Virus record (IMG/VR): IMGVR_UViG_2923519811_000002
Span: 1-64,000 of that record
Length of the DNA: 64,000 bases
Origin: a virus
Lineage: Duplodnaviria; Caudoviricetes
Direction: 5' to 3' (one strand)
In this document: positions 19,396 through 28,641 of the stretch, one piece after another
Layout: each line of letters opens with the position of its first letter
Position numbering within the stretch: the first letter of the stretch is position 1
Notes under the pieces: generated by a model
The model's database searches: none
Seen by the model: only the letters and a program-made list of their open reading frames with translations
What the model was told of the DNA's origin: nothing
Translations under genes and position numbers: made by a program

Positions 19396-20031
19396 CTACC
19401 ACCTGAACCGAATGGGCCCAGATGCCGCCGAACGACGCCGCAGGCCGGCCTCGTAGACGCTCTGGCACTCGTTGTCGAAGAGGGCGCGAGATGCCATCGC
19501 CTTGTCCGGGTCGTAGAGCTCCCCGTCCTTGTCCATGTAGGCGATGAAGCGCATGTAATGCAGCAGGTGCGGGCGGTAGTCGCTCGGCACGTCGGGGATG
19601 TTGGAGCCCTTGTTCACCTCGCGCAGTGGCTTGCGCACGACGGACAGCACCAGGCTGCCGGCCTCGGCCGGCGTCGGCACGATGCGCATCTGCCCCTTCA
19701 CCACGTCCGCGATCAGGTACCGGGGATACCCGGCGCGTGGCAGGCTGGAGCGCGGGATCACCCCGGGCGCCACGACCTGCAGGTCGCGCTCACGCGGGGC
19801 GATGATGGAGGCCTCGACGATGTCGAGGATCGACTCGGAAAGCGGCAGGTCACGCTCGCCCGCGGCGAAGTCGGCCTCGATCTCGTCGTAGACGATCCTG
19901 GTCTGCTCGCAGAACGCCGCCAGCGCCCCGTTCACGGCCCGCACGAGCTTGTCGTCACTCCACAGGAACGGAGCAACGGCGTCCTTCTCGTCTTCCCGGA
20001 AGGCCTTGATCAGGTCGCTGACGGTGTTCAT
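19396..20031 (-). CDS. Head-tail adaptor protein
   Basis: FLWSDDKL...IVPTP...LLHYMRFIAYMDKD pattern; position after the capsid block. Confidence 0.7.
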   Translation of the reverse strand: MNTVSDLIKAFREDEKDAVAPFLWSDDKLVRAVNGALAAFCEQTRIVYDEIEADFAAGERDLPLSESILDIVEASIIAPRERDLQVVAPGVIPRSSLPRAGYPRYLIADVVKGQMRIVPTPAEAGSLVLSVVRKPLREVNKGSNIPDVPSDYRPHLLHYMRFIAYMDKDGELYDPDKAMASRALFDNECQSVYEAGLRRRSAASGPIRFRW

Positions 20032-20039
20032 GGCCACGA

Positions 20040-20447
20040 TCAGGCGTCCGCGTCGTCGTCGAGGCTTGCCTCGAAGACCGCCCAGGCGGCGTCGAACTCG
20101 TCGCGGGTCACGCCGAAGCCGGCCTCTTTCTTCAGCGCGTTCAGGCTCGGTCGGCCATCGCCGTTCAGCTCCGAGTCGTCCTTGCGCTCGAGGATGGCCT
20201 GGATGGCCTTGACCACGATCTCGGTCTTCTGCCCCTCGGGCGGACCTTCTTCCTCGCCGAGGTCCAGGCCGACGACATTGCAGCCGGCGGCCAGTGCGTC
20301 CTTGCGAAAGCGCAGAGGGACGAGGGTGCCATTCTTGCCATCGCTCGGGTCCACGGCGTGGATCACGATGGAGTGGCCATCGGTACGGCTGATCTGCAAC
20401 AGGTCCTGGCCACGAGGCGGCAGGAAACGGACGTTGTCTTGACTCAT
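20040..20447 (-). CDS. Hypothetical phage protein
   Basis: 135 aa with C-terminal GRPSLNAL...TRDEFDAAW motif. Confidence 0.65.
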   Translation of the reverse strand: MSQDNVRFLPPRGQDLLQISRTDGHSIVIHAVDPSDGKNGTLVPLRFRKDALAAGCNVVGLDLGEEEGPPEGQKTEIVVKAIQAILERKDDSELNGDGRPSLNALKKEAGFGVTRDEFDAAWAVFEASLDDDADA

Positions 20448-20471
20448 GGTGATGCCCCTGTATTGGGTGAA

Positions 20472-20500
20472 GGAAACAGGGGCCGGCTGCCCGGCCCCCT
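20472..20500 (-). terminator. Terminator-like hairpin after capsid/decoration genes
   Basis: GGGGCCGG-GCAG-CCGGCCCC then TGTTT on the minus strand. Confidence 0.5.
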
Positions 20501-20506
20501 GCCAGG

Positions 20507-20905
20507 TCAGCCCTGGGTCCACTCGGCCTTGCCGGTGTCGATGTACTCGACGAACAGGCGGGCCTTGCCGGTGGTTGCCGCAGCGCCGGTACTGGCGTAG
20601 GTCACGGTCAGGTAGCCCTGGGCGGCCAGCTCGAAGCCGGTGACGTCCAAGTCCTTCTTGCCCGTGGTCTTCAGGTCCACCGGAGTGGCGCTGTAGCGGT
20701 CGTCATCCGCCGCGTCGCCCACCTTCAAGGTCGCAGTGGTCGCAGCGTTGAACACTTCGTCCACCACGATGAAGGCGCGAGTCACGATGGCTCCGGCCGG
20801 CAGCTGAACCGCTTGCTGCACAGCGCCGTCGGCGAAGCTGGCGAGGGCGATCGACTGGAGGGCGAAGGCCACGCACTGACGGTTGTAGTTGCGGGAAATG
20901 CTCAT
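20507..20905 (-). CDS. Capsid decoration/cement-like protein
   Basis: 132 aa directly after the capsid gene; LPAGAIV...FNAATTATLKVGD pattern. Confidence 0.7.
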   Translation of the reverse strand: MSISRNYNRQCVAFALQSIALASFADGAVQQAVQLPAGAIVTRAFIVVDEVFNAATTATLKVGDAADDDRYSATPVDLKTTGKKDLDVTGFELAAQGYLTVTYASTGAAATTGKARLFVEYIDTGKAEWTQG

Positions 20906-20916
20906 GGTCTCTGCCC

Positions 20917-22020
20917 TCAGCCCAGGTAGTGGTCGATGGCGAGCACGCCGAAGTCCTCGACCGACTTGTCGTAGATCGAGTAGAACTTCGGCTTCAGCAG
21001 CCCGAACATCTTGTCCACGGAGATGCCGACCTTGGAGTCGTAGTCGAACTTCTTCTCGACCCACTCCGGCACGCTCAGGTCAGCCATGCCCAGCGCCTGC
21101 GCGCCGCACAGCAGGGTGCGGGTGCCATTGACGTTGCCGTCGGCGCCCCACTTGCTGCCGGCTGCGGCGCCGGTGGTGCTGTACACCATGCGGTGCTCGT
21201 GAAGGATCGCGCCGTCCACGGTCACGGTGCCGCCGGTGAAGAAGGGGCTATTGGCACCTTCCTTGGTGGCGATCGCCACGACTGCGCGCAGGTAGTCCGC
21301 GTCCTTCTTCAGCTGCGCCAGGGTGCCGGGCTTCACCAGGAGCACGTAGTACTCCTTGCCGCCAGCCATCAGCGGCTTGATGTAGTGGTCCTTCGCGTAG
21401 GCGACGGCGTCCACGATCATCTTGTAGCTGGCGGTGAAGGCGCTGGTGATGGCTGCCGTGCTGCTGGGCACGAGATTGGAGCCGTTCCACATCAGGTGGC
21501 GCTTGGACGAGGGGGCAGTCACGTCGGCAGCGAAGCTCAACTGAGGGAACGGCGATTTTTGCCGCGGGCTGCCGTCGGTGTTGACTGCATACGAGATGCC
21601 CGACAGGGTCAGGAAAGCCAGCTGGTCGATACGGTTCGAGAGCCAGTAGGCCAGGCGGCTCTTGGCCTGCTCGCGGAAGTTGATGACCGTCTTCTGGTCG
21701 GCGAGCTTGCCCTTGTTGCGCACCTGGTGGGAGATGAGGTCGATGCTCAGCTCGACTTCGAAGTTCTGGATCTCTTCTTCGTTGCCTTCACGCTGGTCGT
21801 CGCCGATCACACCATCGTCGACCAGGTCGGCCACGAGCTGCATGATCACCCGCTCACCCTTCTCGGTCTGGGTCAGCTCGGTGATGCGCTGGATCATGGC
21901 GCCATCGCCAGTACCCAGGAATTTCTTGATGAACATCTGGTCGCGGGCGGCTTCCCACACATCGCGCGACCAGACGATCTTCTGCTTGGCGTTCAGCCGA
22001 GCAAAGTTGGTTACGGACAT
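20917..22020 (-). CDS. Major capsid protein (N4-gp56/DUF4043 family)
   Basis: 367 aa; IQRITEL..KGERV...GVIGD...EGNEE and LLCGAQAL...DFGVLAID motifs; AGGAG RBS. Confidence 0.92.
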   Translation of the reverse strand: MSVTNFARLNAKQKIVWSRDVWEAARDQMFIKKFLGTGDGAMIQRITELTQTEKGERVIMQLVADLVDDGVIGDDQREGNEEEIQNFEVELSIDLISHQVRNKGKLADQKTVINFREQAKSRLAYWLSNRIDQLAFLTLSGISYAVNTDGSPRQKSPFPQLSFAADVTAPSSKRHLMWNGSNLVPSSTAAITSAFTASYKMIVDAVAYAKDHYIKPLMAGGKEYYVLLVKPGTLAQLKKDADYLRAVVAIATKEGANSPFFTGGTVTVDGAILHEHRMVYSTTGAAAGSKWGADGNVNGTRTLLCGAQALGMADLSVPEWVEKKFDYDSKVGISVDKMFGLLKPKFYSIYDKSVEDFGVLAIDHYLG

Positions 22021-22057
22021 GGCCGTCTCCTATCGTCGAATTGCTGTCGTCGGGTCT

Positions 22058-22156
22058 GGGTTGTGTCGCCACCCTGGCGAAGACGGGCTGTTGGGGAGTG
22101 CCCGGGAACTCGGATGCAGGTAACGCTCTGCGGGCGAGAACGCCGTGTCTCGGCGA
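22058..22156 (-). ncRNA. Candidate structured capsid 5' leader with three tandem H-type pseudoknot-like units
   Basis: Three CGC-[S2]-GCG-linker-[S2'] units, each with a different self-complementary S2 pair. Confidence 0.45.
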
Positions 22157-22256
22157 GCGAGCAGCAGGAGGGGGCTGCGTTGCTGAGAATCGCCCCGGCT
22201 CTGCCAGCCCGGGGCGCCCCTCACCTCCACGGGGCCGTCCGATGGCCCTCGATGCA

Positions 22257-22286
22257 CTGGTTATGTAACTGGCGAGCCGTCGTCAA
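22257..22286 (-). promoter_or_regulatory. Putative late promoter motif, copy 3 (before capsid leader)
   Basis: Minus strand TTGACG-ACGGCTC-GCCAGTTACA-TAACCA. Confidence 0.55.
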
Positions 22287-23350
22287 CGGCTGATGTAGTC
22301 CCCGCGTGCACGTTTTTTGTCCTCGGGGGAGAGCTTGGCGAAGTCCTCTTCCGACATGTTGGCCACATCCACAGACGCACCGCGCTCGCCCACTCCAGGG
22401 GTCAGCGGCGGAGTTGCGCGCTCACGCTTGAGGTTGCGATCAATCTGCTCGGTCGTCAGCGTCACCCCTTTCTTCGGCACCTTGTCGACGCTCACAGGCT
22501 CTGCGTAGCGCGGCCCGACCTTGGCCACGGCCCGGGCCAGCGCGGTGGCCATGGGCTCGCCCTTGGCGATGTAGTGGTCCCGCAGTGCAACGACTTCCTC
22601 GATCGCGTCCATGTTGGGCTCGCTCCCCTGGTAGTCGAGGAATGGGAATTTCTCGTAGGACTCCTTCAGCACCGCAGGCAACGCGGCCTGCTGCTGTCGT
22701 TGCGCGGCCTCCTGGGCACGCTGCTGGTAAAGGGCCTCGGCGCGCTGCTGCGCGGCTTCCTCGATCTCCTTGCGCTCGGCTGCACGGATCTCGCGACGGA
22801 TCGCCTTGGCCGCATCGGCGTCGCCCTCAAGGATCGCCTGGTTGTAGCGGTCCTCCGCCTCGTCGTAGTCGAAGGCCTTGGGCTTCGGGTCCTCCTCCTT
22901 CTTGGCCGGTACGGCCCCCCTGGCACGGGCCAGCTCCTCTTCCAGCTCCAGACGACGCTTGCGCTCCTCCTTGAGGCTCTCGTTCACCTCGTTGAAGCGG
23001 GCATGGGGCACGGTGGCGGACCTGCCGGTGCCGGCGATCTTGGCCAGCGCGTCCTCGTCGAGCTCGTCGTCCTGGCCGCCATCGTCCGGGTCTGCGTCCT
23101 GTTCGTTGTCACCCTGGTCGTCGTCCTGGTCGTCCTCTTCCAGCTCCAGGCCTTCGTCCTCTTCGGGGGGCAGGTCAGGGTCTACCTCGTCGCCGCGGTC
23201 CTCGGTGCCCTCTTCTTCCTCTTCCTCCTCTTCCTCAACGCCGGAGCCCAGCAGCTCGGGGTCCGGCTCGTCGTACTCGGAGACGACACGGCCCGCGAGG
23301 ATGGCCAGGGCCAGGTCGTCGCTGGCGTGCTTGATGCTGATAGGTTTCAT
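22283..23350 (-). CDS. Capsid scaffolding protein
   Basis: Acidic N-terminus, VPHARFNEVN coiled coil, C-terminal MSEEDFAKLS..KKRARGD; lies between portal and capsid genes. Confidence 0.8.
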   Translation of the reverse strand: MKPISIKHASDDLALAILAGRVVSEYDEPDPELLGSGVEEEEEEEEEGTEDRGDEVDPDLPPEEDEGLELEEDDQDDDQGDNEQDADPDDGGQDDELDEDALAKIAGTGRSATVPHARFNEVNESLKEERKRRLELEEELARARGAVPAKKEEDPKPKAFDYDEAEDRYNQAILEGDADAAKAIRREIRAAERKEIEEAAQQRAEALYQQRAQEAAQRQQQAALPAVLKESYEKFPFLDYQGSEPNMDAIEEVVALRDHYIAKGEPMATALARAVAKVGPRYAEPVSVDKVPKKGVTLTTEQIDRNLKRERATPPLTPGVGERGASVDVANMSEEDFAKLSPEDKKRARGDYISR

Positions 23351-23368
23351 GGGTGCCCCCTTGGGTGG

Positions 23369-23542
23369 TTAACGCGTGCTGAGCTGCTTCAGCTCGGTGA
23401 GTTTTTCGCCGGCCATGCGCCGCACGGCCGCCATACGCTTGCTGTCCTTCTTGATTTCCTCGGCCCTGAGCAGGGTTCGGAGGTCGTCCTCGATGCGCCA
23501 CTTGTCGCTCTCGGCGACCTGCGGTGCGCTGCCTTTACTCAT
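23369..23542 (-). CDS. Small conserved-looking phage protein, 57 aa (not in ORF track)
   Basis: MSKGSAPQVAESDKWRIEDDLRTLLRAEEIKKDSKRM...; ATGA overlap with the portal stop. Confidence 0.7.
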   Translation of the reverse strand: MSKGSAPQVAESDKWRIEDDLRTLLRAEEIKKDSKRMAAVRRMAGEKLTELKQLSTR

Positions 23543-25650
23543 GCTGCGGCTCCTTCAATGCGCGGGGTTTCGATACCGGCCTTCAGCCCTACGCCAGGGT
23601 TGGCCGGAGTCAGCGGGTTGGTGTTGGTGGGCAGCCCCCCGGCGATGCCGGGGCCGTTGTAGCTGGGGACGATCGGCGCCATGTCCTGGTCGACGTAGCC
23701 GGCCGAGCGCAGCAGCGCATCGGCCAGGGCGGAGGTAGCCGGGTTGATGGAGATGGTCCCGGCTGTCTGGATCGCGCTGAACTGCGACTCGACCGACGTG
23801 TTGACGGCCTCGTTGACCGTCTTCTGGGTCTGGGCTTCGGTGAGCTTGACCTTGGCCTCGGTGAGCGGGTCGACCGGAGGCTGGCCCTGCTGCTCCATCG
23901 CTTCGAGGATCTCCGTCTTGTCGGCCAGATTGCTGTGGCGAACCACAAACTGCGGCGGGATGCGGATGCCCTTGTCGAGCATCTCGATCAGCTGCAGGAA
24001 CTGGCTGTTCTCGAAGGTGACCTGCAGCGGGACCTCGGTGATGACCACGTCGTACTCGCCCAGGGTCAGGTCGTTGAGCACGGTACCGTCGTTGGCCGGA
24101 TAGTTGAGGTACAGGGGCTGGGTCTGCTCCTTGCCGTTGGAATCGGTCTCGGTGATACGGACGATGCGCGGCTCGTCGTAGAAGCCCTGGATCAGCTCCA
24201 GCGCCCGGCTGGCCAGCAGCGCGCGGGTGCGGCCGAGGTTGTCCAGCGGCACGGCCAGGCCCTGCTGGGCAGCGAACTGCTTGGTCTGGATGGCAATGCC
24301 GCTGACCTCGCGCCCCTGCCCGCCTGCCATGGCGTCGTTGATGCCGGTGGTCTCGTCCACCAGGCCAGAGGCCCGGTCGATCATTCGGTCCACGCCAGTT
24401 GGCACCTGGTTGGGCTGGATCTTGCGGGGGATCTTGTCGGTCGGCGTTCCATTCTTGAGGACCAAGTGGAGGCCGGTTTCCGCGCCCCTTTCCTCGATTT
24501 CCTCCTCGCGCATGTTGGCGATGGTGTCCGCCCAGCTGATCCAGCCGCTGTTCGCCGTGGTGTTGATGATGTGCAGGAACTGGCTCAGCGACTTGTTGAG
24601 CATCTGCTGCGGGCCGATCGCGTTGTCGACCAGGCCGCGTGTCTTGCCACGGCGGAAGAAGGGGAAGTACGGCACCACGGTGAAGTGGTTGTAGGGCGAC
24701 CAGTCGTCATGGAGCGTGGTGCACTGGGTGCTGACCACCCAGCGGACGCGACGCATCCGGCGATCAGCGATCGAGACGCCCTTCAGGGCTGCAGTCTGCT
24801 CCTCGCTCAGATCGTCTATCGGGCGGATGTCGCCGGTGAGCGTGATGGCCACCTTGCGCTTGACCATCCTCCAGAACTGGCGCTCGATGACGCGCACCCG
24901 CCGGCTGCCATCGGAAAGCTGGGTGGTCCCCATGCGATCAGCGAAGCCGGTGTCGTCGTTGCCGAACTTGTTGCGCTGTTCGTCATCGGCATCCTCGCCA
25001 TAGTCGCTGTCGTCGGGCTTCTCCAGTTCGACCTCGCTGCGCGCCTCGGTCCCGTAGTTCTCCTCGATCTCGTCGTAGGTCAGCCATTTGGCGATGGTCA
25101 CGTCGGACCAGCCATCGGGGTCATAGGATTTCGCGTCAGGATCCGGCACCACGTCCAGGGGGTCGAGGTCGGTGATCTGGATCTCGCCCAGCAGGCTGTC
25201 CTTGTAGGTGACGCGGATGTCGTAGTAGCCGCGCTGTTGGATCAGCCCGTCGGCGAACACCTGGGTCTCGGTCCAGTGCAGCTTGTTGTTGTCGGCCACC
25301 TGCATGATCAGCTTCGACAGGGTGGTGGCGCGGGCCTGGTCGGCATCACCACCGCGCGGGCGGAACGCAATGTCCATGCGGTTGTGGATCTGGTAGCCGA
25401 TCGCAGTGTTGATCTTGCCGAGGATCTGGTTGAACTCGAACGCCGGTCGCCCGCTCTCGCGCAGCTTCTCCACGTCGGCCTGGTCCCACTGCAGGCCGCC
25501 CCCCAGGTACATGCCCTCGTTGATCTTCGCCTGCCGGCAGTAGTCGCGGTGGCCACGGTTGCGGCCGTACTCGTAACGCTGCCAGTTCTGGCGCGCCGCC
25601 TGGTTGCGGTCGGTCGATTGGGGCTCGGTAGCGGTCGTCATCTCATCCAC
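23539..25650 (-). CDS. Portal protein (P22-like)
   Basis: 703 aa; GLQW...GRP..FNQI...IG; RGLVDNAIGPQQMLNK; SGIAIQ motifs. Confidence 0.92.
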   Translation of the reverse strand: MDEMTTATEPQSTDRNQAARQNWQRYEYGRNRGHRDYCRQAKINEGMYLGGGLQWDQADVEKLRESGRPAFEFNQILGKINTAIGYQIHNRMDIAFRPRGGDADQARATTLSKLIMQVADNNKLHWTETQVFADGLIQQRGYYDIRVTYKDSLLGEIQITDLDPLDVVPDPDAKSYDPDGWSDVTIAKWLTYDEIEENYGTEARSEVELEKPDDSDYGEDADDEQRNKFGNDDTGFADRMGTTQLSDGSRRVRVIERQFWRMVKRKVAITLTGDIRPIDDLSEEQTAALKGVSIADRRMRRVRWVVSTQCTTLHDDWSPYNHFTVVPYFPFFRRGKTRGLVDNAIGPQQMLNKSLSQFLHIINTTANSGWISWADTIANMREEEIEERGAETGLHLVLKNGTPTDKIPRKIQPNQVPTGVDRMIDRASGLVDETTGINDAMAGGQGREVSGIAIQTKQFAAQQGLAVPLDNLGRTRALLASRALELIQGFYDEPRIVRITETDSNGKEQTQPLYLNYPANDGTVLNDLTLGEYDVVITEVPLQVTFENSQFLQLIEMLDKGIRIPPQFVVRHSNLADKTEILEAMEQQGQPPVDPLTEAKVKLTEAQTQKTVNEAVNTSVESQFSAIQTAGTISINPATSALADALLRSAGYVDQDMAPIVPSYNGPGIAGGLPTNTNPLTPANPGVGLKAGIETPRIEGAAA

Positions 25651-27184
25651 TCATGGCAGTTTTGCGGCCTCGGGAAGCCAGGTACTTCCGCTTCCACGCG
25701 GGTACCTCTATGTCACTGGCAGCGATTGGCAAGGCGAAAGTGAGAGCGAGCGCATCGCCCGCATCGGGCGACTTCCCGGTGTCCTCCTTGATCTTTTCCT
25801 TCGGGTCCAGCTTGATCTGGCCGTTGGAGCTGTAGCGGTAGCTGGGCGCTGTCAGGTCGCTGTGCAGGCTGTCGTCGTCCGGGATCGACGGGGTAATGAG
25901 GTCGTGCAGCCACTCGGCCAGCAGCCCCCACATTTCGGAGCGCTTGTTGAAGTACTTGCGCTCGTCGATGGCCTTGTCACCGAAGTTCACGGCCGTGACG
26001 CGGTCGCTGTAGCCCAGCTCCACCAGGCGGTCGTAGATGCCGGCGCCGAGCCCGCCGATGTCGATGAACACCATGCGGATGGTGCGATCGTCCTCGAGGA
26101 GGCGGACGATCTTGCCGACCACGGCCATGGTATCGAGGCCGTTGACCTTCTCCAGGCCCCAAGCCTTGCGCCCCTGCCGGTGGATGATGGCCGTGTCGTC
26201 GTCGCCGAAGCGCGCGGGGTCGACGCCGACGACGTGGGCGCCTATCGCCTGCAGGTGCTTCGGGTTGACCTTGCGCGCCTTCTGCACGCGCAGCGTCTGG
26301 ATCAGTGCCTTGTGGCCGACCTTGGTGAATGCCAGGTCTGGGGTGGCGGGATACTCCTGATTGAAGCGGTCGAGGTCGCCGGCGAACTCCGAATCGATCT
26401 TCGCCCGGCGCCAGGCCATCTGCTCCAGGTCGAGGCCGAAGGTCTCCATGTACTCTTCGTCATCGGCATCCATCTCGAAGTCGGCCGGCACCTCCCGGCG
26501 GTACTCCTCCTGCACGAACCACGGGATGAATATGGCGATGAAGTCGCCCTTCCCCGCCGTGGCCTGCACCCACATCTTGTGGAACAGGTTGCCCAGGCCG
26601 TCGGCTGTCGACTCCAGGATCATCTCGCTGCCGGGCAGCAGCGGCACGGTCTGGCCCAGCCCGGACATGATGTCCTGCGCGTTGGGCCAGAACGCCACCT
26701 CGGAGCCGTGCAGGTACTGGACCGTGTCCGAACGACCCGCGTTGCGCGAGCCGGCGGTGGCCACGGCATAACCACTGCGCAGCTTGGCGAAGTTGAGCTC
26801 GGTACCCGAGTTGTTCTTCGTCTTTGGGCGCAACGTGGCGTCGCTCAGCTCGAAGAAGGTCTTCACCATGCGGAAAAGGTTCTTCGTCGCCGAGTCGAGG
26901 TGCGTCAGGATCATGGTGCGCTTGCCGAAGCGCATGCTGGTCCGCTTGTAGAAGCGGGCGCCGGTGTAGGTGCTGACGCCCTGCTGCCGCCCCTTCAGCA
27001 CCAGGGCGCGCACCCAGCCGGAGTGCTGCAGCTGCTCTTCGACTCGGCTGTGCAGCATCCGCTGGGCAGCGTTCCACACGAACGGGACGATGGTCCCGGC
27101 CTTCGTGCGGATCTTCAGGTTCTTGGCGCAGTAGAGCTCGTCATCCTCTAGCAGGCGCGCCAGCATGTTGTCGGCTGTTGTCAT
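25643..27184 (-). CDS. terL: Terminase large subunit
   Basis: LKGRQQGVST Walker A, LHGSEVAFW Walker B, ILEST, GVDPARFGDD nuclease, SPDAGDALALTF. Confidence 0.95.
   Translation of the reverse strand: MTTADNMLARLLEDDELYCAKNLKIRTKAGTIVPFVWNAAQRMLHSRVEEQLQHSGWVRALVLKGRQQGVSTYTGARFYKRTSMRFGKRTMILTHLDSATKNLFRMVKTFFELSDATLRPKTKNNSGTELNFAKLRSGYAVATAGSRNAGRSDTVQYLHGSEVAFWPNAQDIMSGLGQTVPLLPGSEMILESTADGLGNLFHKMWVQATAGKGDFIAIFIPWFVQEEYRREVPADFEMDADDEEYMETFGLDLEQMAWRRAKIDSEFAGDLDRFNQEYPATPDLAFTKVGHKALIQTLRVQKARKVNPKHLQAIGAHVVGVDPARFGDDDTAIIHRQGRKAWGLEKVNGLDTMAVVGKIVRLLEDDRTIRMVFIDIGGLGAGIYDRLVELGYSDRVTAVNFGDKAIDERKYFNKRSEMWGLLAEWLHDLITPSIPDDDSLHSDLTAPSYRYSSNGQIKLDPKEKIKEDTGKSPDAGDALALTFALPIAASDIEVPAWKRKYLASRGRKTAMSG
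25704..25732 (-). promoter_or_regulatory. Putative late promoter motif, copy 4 (inside terL 3' end, before portal)
   Basis: Minus strand TTGC-N8-GCCAGTGACATAGAGGT. Confidence 0.55.
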
Positions 27185-27209
27185 CCGGTACCCCAGGTGC
27201 GATGGGGTT

Positions 27210-27238
27210 ACCGGATGTCACTGGAGAGCGCCTGTCTA
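27210..27238 (-). promoter_or_regulatory. Putative late promoter motif, copy 5 (degenerate, before terL)
   Basis: Minus strand TAGACA-GGCGCTC-TCCAGTGACA-TCCGGT, intergenic. Confidence 0.4.
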
Positions 27239-27244
27239 TAGGGA

Positions 27245-27850
27245 TCAGCTGCCGGCGTAGATGATGAAGTTGACGGCGAAGAAGGCGGGGCGGATGTCCA
27301 CCGCATCGCCCGTACCGGCGCTGGTGGTGTTGCCGCTCAGCCCGACCTGCAGCGCGGAGGTGCCGAGGTCGGCGGCGGCATGCCAGATGCCGGCAGCGGC
27401 TGGCGATCCATTGGCCGCCGCGCCGATACAGCCGCCATCAATAGGCGCAGCGGCGCCAGGCGTCAGCGTGGAAACCCGCAGACCGGCCCCTTCGCCTGCC
27501 AGCCCATGGGTATGCGCGGGCAACTGGCTGGCGGACAGCGTGACGCTGTCTGCACCACCCGTGCTGCCGAGGGCATTGCCAGGCCCGGCGCCCCGCATCA
27601 CGCGGCCGGAGCTGTTCGGCAGGGCGAACGTGGTGATGCCGTCGCCCCCGTAGGCGTTGCCGATCACCGCGAACAGCTCCGGGTGCTCGGCGGTGCTCAG
27701 CACCTGGCCCTGACACAGCAGCCAGCCGGCCGGCGCGGTGGCACCGGCGAAGCCTCTGATCTCGCCCACGTTCGGCAGCGCCGTCAGCAGCAGCTTGATA
27801 TCGGCGCCGATGGCTACAGCCAGTTGGAGGATTCCGCTGGACATCGTCAT
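27245..27850 (-). CDS. Phage tail collar domain protein
   Basis: GEIRGFAG..APAGWLLCQGQ...LFAVIG..YGGDG.TTFALP. Confidence 0.88.
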   Translation of the reverse strand: MTMSSGILQLAVAIGADIKLLLTALPNVGEIRGFAGATAPAGWLLCQGQVLSTAEHPELFAVIGNAYGGDGITTFALPNSSGRVMRGAGPGNALGSTGGADSVTLSASQLPAHTHGLAGEGAGLRVSTLTPGAAAPIDGGCIGAAANGSPAAAGIWHAAADLGTSALQVGLSGNTTSAGTGDAVDIRPAFFAVNFIIYAGS

Positions 27851-27852
27851 GG

Positions 27853-28347
27853 TCAGGCCTTCGCGGTGTTGTAGGCGGCAACGAAATCGGCCTCGGGGTC
27901 ACCGATGCCGATGTTCTGGCAAGCCTGCAGGCGCTGGGCCGTGGTCAGCGTCTGCGCGGCGTCGTAGCGGACTCGGTTGGAGATCTGCGTGGCGATGGTG
28001 GCCGCGAAGTTCGGGTCGTTGTTCAAGGCGTCTGCCAGCTCCTTCAGCGTATCGAGCGCCGCGCCGGCACCACCCAAGATGCTGTCCTTCACGGCCTGCT
28101 TGGCCAGCTCGATGCTGTCGAAGATCTTGTCGGCCGACCAGGTGACGCCGGTATCGCCATTGCCGGCGCCGTCGTCGATCTGCACGCCACCGGCACCGAC
28201 CAGGGCGAAAACTTCGTTGATAGCCGCCACCAGGTTGCCCTTGGCGGTGGTGGACAAGCTGGTCAGGTCGCCCTGCGCGGCGCGCAGGCTCTTGACGTCG
28301 GCGCCAATGGCCTGAGCCAGGGCGATGAGGCGGGTTTCCATGGTCAT
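27853..28347 (-). CDS. Fibre-like virion protein
   Basis: LAQAIGADVK, NLVAAINE, ALDTLKELADALNNDPNFA motifs. Confidence 0.75.
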   Translation of the reverse strand: MTMETRLIALAQAIGADVKSLRAAQGDLTSLSTTAKGNLVAAINEVFALVGAGGVQIDDGAGNGDTGVTWSADKIFDSIELAKQAVKDSILGGAGAALDTLKELADALNNDPNFAATIATQISNRVRYDAAQTLTTAQRLQACQNIGIGDPEADFVAAYNTAKA

Positions 28348-28350
28348 TTT

Positions 28351-28641
28351 CTAGCCCTTTGCGAGGATGTAATAGGCGAGCGGGTCAGGAACGAAGCCAT
28401 CGGCGACGTAGAGCCCGTCGGGTTTCAATTCGAGGCGGTTGTCAGGCTCTTGGCTGACCTGGACACCGTCGAGGCCGTCGCTGCCCTTTGGCCCCTGCAG
28501 GCCGGCCAGCACCAGGAAGCGACGCCCAGCGTCCAAGGCCAGGACCTGCGGAGCTGCGCGCGCAGCCGTGACGACAAGGGAACTGCCCCGGGCGACGAGC
28601 ACGCCGCCAGGTCGACTGCGCACCACTAGGTGGGCCGTCAT
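28351..28641 (-). CDS. Hypothetical protein with short collagen-like stretch
   Basis: GLQGPKGSDG...DNRL...DGLYV; ATGA coupling. Confidence 0.65.
   Translation of the reverse strand: MTAHLVVRSRPGGVLVARGSSLVVTAARAAPQVLALDAGRRFLVLAGLQGPKGSDGLDGVQVSQEPDNRLELKPDGLYVADGFVPDPLAYYILAKG

Noticed and set aside
3074-27151. Long plus-strand ORFs opposite late genes (for example 3074-4711, 4763-6883, 10765-12888, 23524-25743)
   Set aside because: Antisense shadow frames typical of high-GC coding DNA; no recognisable motifs
10828-28347. Diversity-generating retroelement or invertible tail-fibre switch
   Set aside because: No reverse transcriptase, invertase or near-identical template/variable repeat pair seen
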